This document shows positions 47,928 through 57,537 of a stretch of DNA of 64,000 nucleotides, in pieces. The position numbers and the translations under genes are program-made. The stretch is from the sequence record DRR723986_1737. One strand, 5' to 3'. Under the pieces are notes generated by a model. It was not told where the DNA came from, did no database searches, and saw only the letters and a program-made list of their open reading frames with translations. Each line of letters starts with the position of its first letter. Position 1 is the stretch's first letter.

Positions 47928-48536
47928 CTAGCTGATCATGTTGTAGCTGATCAGCCCCACGATGCCGCCGATCGCGGCACTGCGGCGCAGCACGCCCAGG
48001 TCAATTTTCGACAGCTCGGCGAGGGGATTGCCACTGCTGCGGGTGCGCCACAACACCGGCCACTCGATGGCGCCGGCAAAACCCAGGCTGGCCACAGAGG
48101 CGGCGAGCAGGGAGGCGCGCCCGGCGGTATCCGGCGGCAAGGCGGAGAACAGGAAATAGATAGCGACCAGGGAGCCGACCGTGCCACCCAGGCTCATGAC
48201 GTAAAACTGGCGCACCGAATTGGCTTCAAAGCTCCAGTCATAGACGAACAGACCGGGTTTGCGAGGGATCGTATGCTGCCCGCCTGCGACCTTCGCGCCG
48301 AAGTAGTGGAACCACTCATGTACCAGGGTGGGCAGCGCCGCACCCGCGATGAGCCCGGTAACCACGCTCAGGCCCTCTGCCAGTCCCAGGCCGCTCAGGG
48401 TGTACCAGCTATCAGCGGCCGCGAACAGGGACAGGGCCAGCAAGACGATGGCGATATGAAAGCCCGCGTGCCGCGCGAGGTTCACGCCATTGCCAGCCGG
48501 TATCACGTCGGCCATCTCGGGATTGGTGTCGTTCAC
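47928..48536 (-). CDS. Hypothetical integral membrane protein with HExxH motif
   Basis: About 5 hydrophobic helices; LVHEWFH. Confidence 0.7.
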   Translation of the reverse strand: MNDTNPEMADVIPAGNGVNLARHAGFHIAIVLLALSLFAAADSWYTLSGLGLAEGLSVVTGLIAGAALPTLVHEWFHYFGAKVAGGQHTIPRKPGLFVYDWSFEANSVRQFYVMSLGGTVGSLVAIYFLFSALPPDTAGRASLLAASVASLGFAGAIEWPVLWRTRSSGNPLAELSKIDLGVLRRSAAIGGIVGLISYNMIS

Positions 48537-48634
48537 AAGAGTCCTTCCGGAGTTTGTCGATCCATGGGATGTCTACGCACGGTGGGTGATCGCGGATTAT
48601 ACAAGCCCGGTGGGATCTGGCTATCCCGGCTGGG

Positions 48635-50017
48635 CTAGGCCCCGGCCCCCTCGCGCAGGTCGCGCAGGCTCTGTTTGAGGTATTTGCCGAGCTGCTCAAT
48701 GCCTGGCTGCAGGGTAGGGCAGCTGGTGATCGCGAAACAGAGTTTCTGGCGGTAGCTGACAACTGTCAGGTTGATCCCCATGCCGGCGGTGACTACCGAC
48801 AGTGGGTAGATAGCCTGTAATTGGGAGCCCTCGAGGTACAAGGCTTCCCGTGACCCGGGCACGTTGGAGAAGATCGCGTTGATGGCAGGGGTTACCTTGC
48901 CGGCGGCGCCGGCGAGGGTGAGGATGATGGTGGGCATCAACATCATGTTGGCGAAGTCCTGCGAAGCGGTCGGTGACATGGCGGCGAGTTCGCGCTTGGC
49001 CTTTTTGGTCGAACGGATCACGCGCTGCAGGCGCTTTACCGGGTCGCTCTCGGTGGTAAAGAACGGGCACAGGATGAAGCTCAGCTGGTTACCCTCGGCG
49101 CTGCGGCCACCCTTGAGCGATACCGGCACCCCCGCGATCAGCGATTTGCGGGGCAGGGCGTTCTGCTCGATCAGGTAGTGGCGCAGCGCACCGCCGCACA
49201 CCGCCAGCAGCACGTCATTCAGGGTGCCCCCGTACTGCCGGCCAAGTTCCCTGGCCGTGCGCAGTGACAGGTCGGCCACCACGATGCGGCGACGGCTGTC
49301 GATATCCTCGTTAAACAGGCTGTGCGGTGCGGTGAAGGGCAGAATCATCCCTTCGCTGTTGCCGCGCCAGGCGTCCAGGCCCATGTGGGTGAACAGGTTG
49401 GACAGCTGGGGAATGGCACTGTATTGGCGTAGCAGGCCCTTGCTCAGTTTGCCCATATCCTGCAGCAGGTTGTGGGCCTCATGGTGCTCCCGTGCACGGG
49501 ATTTCACCTGCCGGTAATCGATGCGGTCATCAGCTGAGGTGGAGAACAGCGCGTTGATCATCCGCAGGGCCCCCACGCCGTCTACCAGGGCATGGTGCAC
49601 CTTGGAGTACAGGGCAAAGCGGTTGCCGGACAGCCCCTCGATCAGGTGGATCTCCCACAGGGGCCGACCACGGTCCAGGCAGCGCTCATGCGCGGCGCTC
49701 ACCAGTTCGATCAGGTCGCTCATCCGTCCCGGTGCGGGGAGGGCATAGTGCAGCACGTGACGCTGGGGCTTGTAGTCGTCCTCCTCGACCCAGGCGGCTT
49801 TGCGGCTGGCATCCTGATTCTGCAGTTTGCGATTGAACACCGGCCACACCTCGTTGAGCCGGCCGCAGTGGCGCGCCAGGGTGCGCAGGTAGTTCGGTGG
49901 CGCATCCTCGGGGAGTTTGAAGATCATCAGCCCGGCGACGTGGAAGGGTCGCCGATCGGACTCCAGGCGAAGAAAGGCGTTGTCCTGGAAACTGAGTCGC
50001 TGCATGGCCGCATCCAT
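48635..50017 (-). CDS. Wax ester synthase/diacylglycerol acyltransferase
   Basis: LDRGRPLWE, KVHHALVDG, TLNDV, SNVPG, NLTVVSY. Confidence 0.94.
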   Translation of the reverse strand: MDAAMQRLSFQDNAFLRLESDRRPFHVAGLMIFKLPEDAPPNYLRTLARHCGRLNEVWPVFNRKLQNQDASRKAAWVEEDDYKPQRHVLHYALPAPGRMSDLIELVSAAHERCLDRGRPLWEIHLIEGLSGNRFALYSKVHHALVDGVGALRMINALFSTSADDRIDYRQVKSRAREHHEAHNLLQDMGKLSKGLLRQYSAIPQLSNLFTHMGLDAWRGNSEGMILPFTAPHSLFNEDIDSRRRIVVADLSLRTARELGRQYGGTLNDVLLAVCGGALRHYLIEQNALPRKSLIAGVPVSLKGGRSAEGNQLSFILCPFFTTESDPVKRLQRVIRSTKKAKRELAAMSPTASQDFANMMLMPTIILTLAGAAGKVTPAINAIFSNVPGSREALYLEGSQLQAIYPLSVVTAGMGINLTVVSYRQKLCFAITSCPTLQPGIEQLGKYLKQSLRDLREGAGA

Positions 50018-50085
50018 TGGGTTTTTCCGGAAAGGCTAGTCCAGGTTGACGACGGCCACTAGCGACTGGATCAAGGTTTTGCCAA

Positions 50086-50520
50086 TCAGTCCTCGACCGG
50101 GGCGAGCACCGCGAAGGCCCAGCCCATGCGGGTGTAGGGCGCCAGGAAGTCGGCGATTTTGCCGATGTACGGCGGCAATGAAGCGGGGCGACGATAGCGC
50201 TTGCCCGGCGCCATGACGAAGGCCCTGGCCGCGCGTGGCTTGCCGCCCAGGAAGAAACGTACCCGGGGCTGTTTTCGCAGGTTCTTGACCCAGAAAGAAC
50301 GCTCCCCGCGGGCGGTGCTCACGAAGACATAGCCACCCAGCCGGATCGCCACCAGCGGCGTGCGCCGCAGCGCCCCGGATTTGAAGCCTTCGGTCTCCAG
50401 CAGAATCAATCCGCCAGGGACGAAGCGCGGGGATCCGATGCCGAGCTTTACCGCCGGTTCGACGAAGCGGTTCAGCAGGCGGAAGAATTCGCGCTCCAGT
50501 TGTTGCCGGTCAACGGCCAT
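50086..50520 (-). CDS. Deazaflavin-dependent nitroreductase family (Ddn/DUF385-like) protein
   Basis: LLETEGFKSG..RRTPL and WVKNL...P.V motifs. Confidence 0.78.
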   Translation of the reverse strand: MAVDRQQLEREFFRLLNRFVEPAVKLGIGSPRFVPGGLILLETEGFKSGALRRTPLVAIRLGGYVFVSTARGERSFWVKNLRKQPRVRFFLGGKPRAARAFVMAPGKRYRRPASLPPYIGKIADFLAPYTRMGWAFAVLAPVED

Positions 50521-50545
50521 CGTGTCCTCCCGTTCGCCCGTCGGC

Positions 50546-51631
50546 TCAGTCCGCTACCACCACCCGGGGGGTGCGCATTGGCATCCGGGTGGTCAGTTCA
50601 TAGCCGATGGTTTCCGCGTGTGTGGCAATCTCGCCCAGGGGCAAGCCATCACCCCAGAGAATCACCTCATCCCCAACCTGGACATTGTGCAGGTCGGTGA
50701 CATCGACGGTGATCATGTCCATGGAGACCCTGCCGGCCAGCGGCGCGCGTTGCCCGTTGACAAGGACCGGAGTGCCATTGCCCGCGCGCCGGGGATAGCC
50801 GTCGCCATAGCCAATGGTAACGGTGGCGATTCGGGTCGGCCGGCTTGCAGTGAAGGTGGCGCCGTAACCGACGCTGTCGCCGGTGGCAAGCTCGCGGACC
50901 GATATTACCGCGGAGGTGAGGGTCATGACCGGTTGCAGGCGCGCTGCGTTGTCCTGATGTCGATCGAACGGCGAGTTGCCGTACAGCATATAGCCCGGGC
51001 GTACCCAGTCGTAGTGGGCCTGGGGCCAGGCCAGCAGGCCGGGTGAGTTGGCGGCGCTGCGTGGCCCGGGCAGGCCGCTGGTGGCCGTATCGAAAACTGC
51101 CAGTTGGCGACTGGTCTGGTGACTGTCGAGATCATCAGCGGAGGCGAAGTGTGTCGACAGGACCGGTGCCTCGGCGCAGTTATCGCTGGCCTGCAGGCGC
51201 TGGTAAAACTCAGCGACCCGGGCCGGGCTGACACCGAGCCGGTGCATGCCGGTGTCAATTTTGAGCCAGCAGTACACCGGCGCCGGCAGGCGCGCTTCCT
51301 CCAGCCAGCTCAGTTGCCATTCGTTATCGATGGTTATCCACAGGCCCAGTTCAGCTGCGGTTACCAGTTCACGGGACTCGAATACCCCCTCAAGTAACAT
51401 GATGGGGCTGGCGATGCCGGCATCACGCAGCTCGACTGCTTCCTCGATGCAGGCGACCGCGAGGGCGTCGGCACTGCCTTCCAGGGCGCTGGCGATGGTG
51501 ACCGCGCCGTGCCCGTAGGCGTTTGCCTTGACCACTGCCATGATCCGCGACGTCGGTGCGAGTTCGCGCGCCAGCGCCAGGTTGTGGCGCAGCGCACCGA
51601 GGTTCAGCAATGCCTGGTTGGGCCGGGCCAT
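50546..51631 (-). CDS. alr: Alanine racemase
   Basis: AVVKANAYGHG PLP lysine, KIDTGMHRLG, VGYG, GYGDG, GRVSMDM. Confidence 0.96.
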   Translation of the reverse strand: MARPNQALLNLGALRHNLALARELAPTSRIMAVVKANAYGHGAVTIASALEGSADALAVACIEEAVELRDAGIASPIMLLEGVFESRELVTAAELGLWITIDNEWQLSWLEEARLPAPVYCWLKIDTGMHRLGVSPARVAEFYQRLQASDNCAEAPVLSTHFASADDLDSHQTSRQLAVFDTATSGLPGPRSAANSPGLLAWPQAHYDWVRPGYMLYGNSPFDRHQDNAARLQPVMTLTSAVISVRELATGDSVGYGATFTASRPTRIATVTIGYGDGYPRRAGNGTPVLVNGQRAPLAGRVSMDMITVDVTDLHNVQVGDEVILWGDGLPLGEIATHAETIGYELTTRMPMRTPRVVVAD

Positions 51632-52488
51632 CAGTAGTCGAACTTGTGCCGTGTATACAGGGTCTGGGCAGCAAGCCAGACATCACCGACCTTGCCGTCC
51701 CCCACCGGTTTGCCGTCGATCTCTACCACCGCGCCTATTTCCTTGCTGGAGCTGGTAATCCACACTTCATCAGCGTCATCGAGTTCTTCCAGCATCACTA
51801 CCCGTTCTTCGACCGGGATGTCGCCGTGCTTACGCAGGATGTCCAGCACCATCAGCCGGGTGATCCCCGGCAGTTTCTGGTGATCCAGTTCCGGTGTGGC
51901 GACGACCCCGTCCTTGATTACGAAGACATTACAGGCCGCGGCCTCGGTCAGTTCACGATTGGCGTTATAGAGGATGGTCTCGTTGTGCCCGCGGCTGTGG
52001 CCGTGCTGGTAGTGCATGACATTGCCCAGCAGTGCTGTAGATTTGATATTGCAGCGTTTCCAGCGCAGGTCCTCACAGGTGGACACGGTGTAGCAGGTGG
52101 CCGCGGCCTTGTCGGGCACTGGCGCGGGCGGGATCTCGGCGGCAAAGGCGTAGATGGTCGGCGTGATATTTTCCGGGTAGGCGTGATAACGGCGGCTATC
52201 GGCACCGCGGCTGACATGGAAGTACACACCGAGGTTGCCGCCGCCATTGCGTTCGATCAGTTCCATACTGATTTTGCGCCAGGCCTCGTGATCCAGCTTG
52301 AGGCGGATTTCCAGCGCATCGAGCCCATCCTGCATTCGCTGCAGGTGTGGGCCGAATCCAACCAGCTGGCCGTCGTAGGAAGGGATGACTTCGTAGATCC
52401 CGTCGCCGAACAGAAAGCCGCGATCCATCGGAGAAATGCGTGCCTCGGACATCGGCATATAGTCGCCGTTCAGGTAAACGATAGTCAT
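51631..52488 (-). CDS. dat: D-amino acid aminotransferase (PLP fold IV)
   Basis: DRGFLFGDGIYEV, YFHVSRG...RYH, DLRWKRCNIKST.LL, LPGITR, ITSSSKE. Confidence 0.88.
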   Translation of the reverse strand: MTIVYLNGDYMPMSEARISPMDRGFLFGDGIYEVIPSYDGQLVGFGPHLQRMQDGLDALEIRLKLDHEAWRKISMELIERNGGGNLGVYFHVSRGADSRRYHAYPENITPTIYAFAAEIPPAPVPDKAAATCYTVSTCEDLRWKRCNIKSTALLGNVMHYQHGHSRGHNETILYNANRELTEAAACNVFVIKDGVVATPELDHQKLPGITRLMVLDILRKHGDIPVEERVVMLEELDDADEVWITSSSKEIGAVVEIDGKPVGDGKVGDVWLAAQTLYTRHKFDY

Positions 52489-52507
52489 GGGTAAAACCTC
52501 GCAGTAG

Positions 52508-53356
52508 TCAGGATTTGAGAGCTGCCTCGGCCGCCAGGCCGCGGAGCTGTGCAATCAGGGCTTCGCCTTCCTCGGCCGGTAGCCCGTCCTCGGTCAGGGT
52601 GTTCTCTCCGGTTACCCCGTCCACGCTGCCTCTCTCGGAGAGATAGTGCAACAGGCTCCGGGGCGATACCTCGGCGAGCAGGTCGCGGCCGGACCACAGG
52701 CCGAGAAACAGGAGCAGGCCGTAGGCGCCCCAGTTGGATACGTCCGCCACCAGCAATTCGTCGCAGCGAGTGATGGCGCCGCGAATATCCAGGGTGCCGA
52801 TGGCCTCGGCGATATTGCCCATACCGATCTCGTTGCCGCCATCACCGATACCGATAGTGGGGCATTCGCATTCGCTGATATAGGGATCGAAAATGCCGCA
52901 ATTTTCACTGATATCAACGCCGCGCATATTGTAGTAGCGGCCGTCATCAGTAAGCCCCGGACGCTCGATGGAAACCACCGCCGCCGGTGCCAGTTCGCGC
53001 AGCGCGGCCCGCGCCTCGGCGGTCGCATCTTCCAGTCCGGTTTTGGTCAGCTCCAGCACCCGGTAGTCGCCTGCCAGAATGCCTGCCAGTGGTGTGGAGC
53101 AGGCCAGCCAGGGTTCCGCCCCGAGCGTTTCCAGGCCGCGGTAGAGTGCGATTGCGCCCACCGGCCCATCTGTTTCGAAGGTACCCGCAACCGGGAAGCC
53201 GGTGCCGATAATGACCGGGCCACTGATGTCGCGCAGGTAGGCGGCTGCACGCGCATAATAGCCGGGCTCAAGCGCTGCCTGCGCGGTCTTCATATGGCGC
53301 AGGTTGCGTGCAACCAGGGCGTCCTCTACCTTGCGGCTGAGTTCGAGGTCGGTCAT
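52508..53356 (-). CDS. DUF4392 / D-glutamate cyclase C-terminal domain protein
   Basis: TGF, ETDGP.GA, IERPG, YYNMRG.DIS, IGIGDGGNEIGMG, VSNWG. Confidence 0.88.
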   Translation of the reverse strand: MTDLELSRKVEDALVARNLRHMKTAQAALEPGYYARAAAYLRDISGPVIIGTGFPVAGTFETDGPVGAIALYRGLETLGAEPWLACSTPLAGILAGDYRVLELTKTGLEDATAEARAALRELAPAAVVSIERPGLTDDGRYYNMRGVDISENCGIFDPYISECECPTIGIGDGGNEIGMGNIAEAIGTLDIRGAITRCDELLVADVSNWGAYGLLLFLGLWSGRDLLAEVSPRSLLHYLSERGSVDGVTGENTLTEDGLPAEEGEALIAQLRGLAAEAALKS

Positions 53357-54291
53357 GCAGGGCTCTCCATCAGCGCCTGACGGCGGGCAAAACTGGCCGC
53401 CAGGTGCAGTGCATTGTGTGCCGCGTGGGGTGTAATCGGGGTGAAGTAGACCCGGCCCCCGGGTCGCAGTTGGGCGAGTGGCCCGGTGTCCAGCGACAGC
53501 GCGGCGCCGATCTTCGGATAGCCGCCGATGGTTTGCCGGTCGTTAAGCAGCACGATCGGCTGGCCGTCCGCTGGCACCTGGATCGCCCCGTGGCAAATGC
53601 CCTCGGACAGGATGCCCTCGATGTCACATTCGATTGCTGGACCTTCAAGCCGATAGCCCATCCGGTCACAGCGCTCCGACACCTCGTAGGCGCTGCTGAA
53701 GAAGCGGCGCTGCTGGAGACGAGGAAAGCGGGCCTGCTGGTAGCCGGGGATGACCCGTACGGTGATCGTATCGTGGTAGTGCGGTTGCATTTCCTCCGGC
53801 AGGTAACGGATACGTCGCCCGCTGGTGGCGCTGCACGGCAGCACATCGCCGCTTGCGAGTTTGCCGCCGTTCAGGCCGCCGATGCCTTCCCGTGCCACGG
53901 TGGAAACACTGCCGAAGCTGGGTTCGATATTGAAGCCATCGGCAACGCCGAGGTAGGCGCGGCAGCCCGTCTCCGCGAAACCCAGGTGCAGGATATCACC
54001 GGCTTTTATCGGCAGGACGCGGTAGCGCGGCTGCTCCTGCCCGTTGATTGCTACCGGCACGCTCGCGCCGGTGACGCAGACGAAGGTGTCTACCCGGGAT
54101 TCCAGTTCCAGTCCGCCGAAGCTGACTTCGATGGCGGGACTGCCAGGCGCGTTATCCAGCAGGCGATTACAGAGTTGGAAAGCGCTGGCATCCAGCGGGC
54201 CGCCGGTGGTCAGCCCGATCCGGTGCTGGCCGATGCGTCCCGCATCCTGCAGCAGGCTGAGCAGACCCGGTTGGCGCACTGCCAGGGCCAT
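53353..54291 (-). CDS. pxpC: 5-oxoprolinase subunit C
   Basis: QDAGR, RAYL, DRMGYRL, GAIQVP.DGQPI, DRQTIGGYPKI. Confidence 0.92.
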   Translation of the reverse strand: MALAVRQPGLLSLLQDAGRIGQHRIGLTTGGPLDASAFQLCNRLLDNAPGSPAIEVSFGGLELESRVDTFVCVTGASVPVAINGQEQPRYRVLPIKAGDILHLGFAETGCRAYLGVADGFNIEPSFGSVSTVAREGIGGLNGGKLASGDVLPCSATSGRRIRYLPEEMQPHYHDTITVRVIPGYQQARFPRLQQRRFFSSAYEVSERCDRMGYRLEGPAIECDIEGILSEGICHGAIQVPADGQPIVLLNDRQTIGGYPKIGAALSLDTGPLAQLRPGGRVYFTPITPHAAHNALHLAASFARRQALMESPA

Positions 54292-54968
54292 CAGATGGCT
54301 CCCCCGAGTTCCAGGTAGCGGGCTCGGTCGACCGGCTCGAAGCGCACCCGGTCACCGACCTCTACCGGCATAGCCGGCTCCCGCTGCGGATCGAACATTC
54401 TTATCGGGCAGCGTCCAATGAGGTTCCAGCCGCCGGGGGAAACGGCGGGGTAGACCGCAGTCTGGCGATCGGCAATAGCGACGGCGCCGCGTGGCACCTT
54501 CTGGCGCGGGGTTGCCAGACGGGGCGCCGCGATGCGCGGATCAACCTCGCCGAGATAGGCGAATCCCGGGGCGAAGCCGATGGCGTAGACCCGGTACTCC
54601 AGGGCGCTGTGCAGGTCGATTACCTGCTCGATATCCAGGCCGGCGCGCTGGGCCAGCGGCTCCAGGTCTTCGCCGACTTCCGGGTGGTAGTAAACCGGCA
54701 GCACGAGTTCCTTGCCGACGCCCTGGCTGGAAGCCGTGAGCGCCGCTGCCTGCTGCCGCAGCTGATGGGCAATATGCAGGTGGTCAGTGAGTAGCGGGTC
54801 GTAGATAACCAGCAGCGAGGCGTAGGAGGGCACCAGGTCAACCAGCGCCTCCCCCAGGGTATCTTCCATTGCCCGGGCGAGCGCCTGGACCCGGTCCGAG
54901 ACTTCGGGGCTGGTTTCCTCGCCGAGATAGGCTATGAGGGCGTTCTCACCCGCCGAATGCAACTGCAT
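54291..54968 (-). CDS. pxpB: 5-oxoprolinase subunit B
   Basis: LVPSYASL, GFAPGFAYL, YP..SPGGWNLIGR. Confidence 0.93.
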   Translation of the reverse strand: MQLHSAGENALIAYLGEETSPEVSDRVQALARAMEDTLGEALVDLVPSYASLLVIYDPLLTDHLHIAHQLRQQAAALTASSQGVGKELVLPVYYHPEVGEDLEPLAQRAGLDIEQVIDLHSALEYRVYAIGFAPGFAYLGEVDPRIAAPRLATPRQKVPRGAVAIADRQTAVYPAVSPGGWNLIGRCPIRMFDPQREPAMPVEVGDRVRFEPVDRARYLELGGAI

Positions 54969-54969
54969 G

Positions 54970-55704
54970 TCAGGAACTGCCGCTGACCAGTTCGCGAATC
55001 GCGCGAATCGCCTGGACGCCTTCGAGGTTATCGCCGTGCACGCACAGGGTGTCGGTGGCCAGCGCCAGGGTCTTACCGCTGACCGTGGTGACGGTGCTGT
55101 CGGCGCAGAGCTGGGCTACCTGGGCGAGCATGCGCTCGCGGTCGTGGACTGCACCGGGCAGGCGGCGGGACAGCAGTCGGCCGTCATCGTCATAACACCG
55201 GTCGGCGAAGGCCTCGAACAGCAGGCTGATGCCCATGGCCTGCGCTTCCTCCCGGTGTTGCTCAGCGTCGGGCGTTGCCTGCAGCATCAGCGCGATAGGG
55301 CGGTGATAGCTGGCCACCGCCTCCATAATCGCGGCACGGACTTCGGTTTTCGCCATCATGTCGTTATACAGCGCGCCGTGGGGTTTGACGTAATTCACCT
55401 GCAAACCCTGGCTGGCGGCCATGCCTTCCAGCGCGGCGACCTGGTACTGCAGGTTGGCGATGATTTCGTCGGCGGTGAGATTCATTGGCCGGCGCCCGAA
55501 CCCGACAAGGTCGGGGTAGGCCGGGTGCGCGCCGACGCTGACGCCGTGCTCAGCGGCCAGCGCAAGCGTTCTGCGCATGGTCAGTGGATCGCCGCCGTGA
55601 AAGCCGCAGGCGACGTTGGCCTGGTCGATATGCGGCATGACCTCTTCGTCCAGGCCCATGGTCCAGCTACCGTAGCTTTCCCCGAGATCGCAATTGAGCA
55701 GCAT
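54970..55704 (-). CDS. pxpA: 5-oxoprolinase subunit A (LamB/YcsF)
   Basis: LNCDLGES, NVACGFHGGDP, VKPHGALYN, EAFADR, TLCVHGD. Confidence 0.95.
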   Translation of the reverse strand: MLLNCDLGESYGSWTMGLDEEVMPHIDQANVACGFHGGDPLTMRRTLALAAEHGVSVGAHPAYPDLVGFGRRPMNLTADEIIANLQYQVAALEGMAASQGLQVNYVKPHGALYNDMMAKTEVRAAIMEAVASYHRPIALMLQATPDAEQHREEAQAMGISLLFEAFADRCYDDDGRLLSRRLPGAVHDRERMLAQVAQLCADSTVTTVSGKTLALATDTLCVHGDNLEGVQAIRAIRELVSGSS

Positions 55705-55716
55705 CGTCAGTATTTC

Positions 55717-56520
55717 CTAGAGCAGCGCCAGCTGGCTGTTACGCAGGTCGCTCACCAGCATACAACCCGGACTGTGGGTGATCGCCAGCGGCGGTCGGGC
55801 ACTTTCCAGTGCGACCTGGGGGGTGACTCCGCAGGCCCAGAATACGGGTACCTCGTCGTCGCCTATGGTTACCGGGTCGCCGTAATCGGGGGCTGACAAA
55901 TCCGCAATGCCGATTTGTGCCGGGTCACCGAAGTGGATCGGCGCGCCATGCACGGACGGAAAGCGGGTGCAGATCTGGATCGCGCGGATCGCGTCCGCAG
56001 CGCGGAAGGGGCGCATGCTGACCACCATCTTGCCCGCGAAGGGCCCGGCCGGTGTGCAATTGATATTGGTACGGTACATCGGAACGTTAACACCCTGGCT
56101 GACGTTGCGCACTTCCAGTCCGTCTGCCAGTAATGCCTCTTCGAAAGAAAAGGAGCAGCCCAGTGCGAACGTGACCAGATCATCGCGCCATATCGCGCGT
56201 ATGTCCGGCCGCTCTTCTACCAGCGTGCCATCGTGGAACACGCGGTAGCTTGGCACGTCACTGCGGATGTCTATATCCCCCAAACGTGTTAGTGACGGGT
56301 CGCCGGCCGCGGTGCTGGTGGCGATCAGCGGGCAGGGTTTGGGGTTGGCCTGGCAGAAGCGCAGGAAATCACCGGCCCAGGCCTCGGGCAGAATGACGAT
56401 ATTGCACTGCACATAGCCCGGCGCCTGGCCCGACGTGTTGCCGGTGAAACTGCCGTCGCGGATCGCTGCGCGCAACGCCTGGGGACTGTCGAAACTGGCC
56501 ATGGTGTGATGATCCTCCAT
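55717..56520 (-). CDS. DUF1445 / YcsI putative hydro-lyase (D-glutamate cyclase N-terminal domain)
   Basis: [45 protein letters not shown]. Confidence 0.92.
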   Translation of the reverse strand: MEDHHTMASFDSPQALRAAIRDGSFTGNTSGQAPGYVQCNIVILPEAWAGDFLRFCQANPKPCPLIATSTAAGDPSLTRLGDIDIRSDVPSYRVFHDGTLVEERPDIRAIWRDDLVTFALGCSFSFEEALLADGLEVRNVSQGVNVPMYRTNINCTPAGPFAGKMVVSMRPFRAADAIRAIQICTRFPSVHGAPIHFGDPAQIGIADLSAPDYGDPVTIGDDEVPVFWACGVTPQVALESARPPLAITHSPGCMLVSDLRNSQLALL

Positions 56521-56632
56521 TGTCAGTGAACTATAGCCCCAGTTGGCGGCCGAGTAACAGTCGCCGCTGGCAATAGTTTTGTGCCGGGGAAAGAATTGCG
56601 GATAATGCCGCTCCCGGATGCAAGGAATCCTT

Positions 56633-57472
56633 ATGCTGGAACAACTGCTGGAAGTACTGCGGATGACGCCCGCGGGAGAGAACCGCTACGCTGCCCGAAA
56701 TATGCACCCACGTGCGTTTCGCGTCTACGGGGGCCAGGTGCTTGCGCAGGCGGTGATGGCGGCCCGCGATACGGTGGAGCCAGAGCGGGTGCTGCACTCC
56801 CAGCATGCCTATTTTCTGCGCCCGGGCGATCCCCGGCAGGCGATCAGTTACGAGGTGGAACATGCCTTGGACGGGGGAAGTTTCAGCTCGCGCCGGGTCG
56901 TTGCGGTCCAGCACGGTCGGCCTATCTTCGTCAGCTCCCTATCTTTCCAGCGGCCTTCTCGCGGTGAGCACTATCAGCCCGAGGCGCCGTCGGTACCAGA
57001 CCCGGACAGCCTGCCCTCCGAGCGGGAACTCGCGCTAGCGACCGGCACCCTCGACGAAGATTTCATGATTACCACCGGTCACGACCTCGATATCCGGGTG
57101 ATCGACCCGGTCGATTGGACAAATCCGCAGCCCCGGGCCCCGGTGATAGAGGCCTGGATGAAGACTTCCGGACCCCTGCCGGATGAGCCGCCCCTGCATC
57201 AGGCGCTGCTGGCCTACCTGTCCGATGCGCTGTTGATCGATGTCTGCCTGGCCACCAGGGGCCAGACCTTTCTAGACGACAAGCTCCAGGTCGCGAGCCT
57301 GGATCACGCGCTCTGGTTTCACGCGGATTTCCGCGCCGATGACTGGCTGCTGCATGTAGTTAATAACGAGGTTATGGCGGGCGGGCGCGGCCTGGCGCGG
57401 GGCAGCTTTTTCACCAGGGACGGTACACTGGTCGCGACCGTGATGCAGCAGGGCCTGATGCGCTACCGCTGA
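56633..57472 (+). CDS. tesB: Acyl-CoA thioesterase II
   Basis: [41 protein letters not shown]. Confidence 0.9.
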   Translation: MLEQLLEVLRMTPAGENRYAARNMHPRAFRVYGGQVLAQAVMAARDTVEPERVLHSQHAYFLRPGDPRQAISYEVEHALDGGSFSSRRVVAVQHGRPIFVSSLSFQRPSRGEHYQPEAPSVPDPDSLPSERELALATGTLDEDFMITTGHDLDIRVIDPVDWTNPQPRAPVIEAWMKTSGPLPDEPPLHQALLAYLSDALLIDVCLATRGQTFLDDKLQVASLDHALWFHADFRADDWLLHVVNNEVMAGGRGLARGSFFTRDGTLVATVMQQGLMRYR

Positions 57473-57537
57473 GCGTTGTCATGGCCGGTCCCTGACTCTA
57501 TAGTGGCCGTCTGTTTGCTAACTACGAGGGATTGCAG

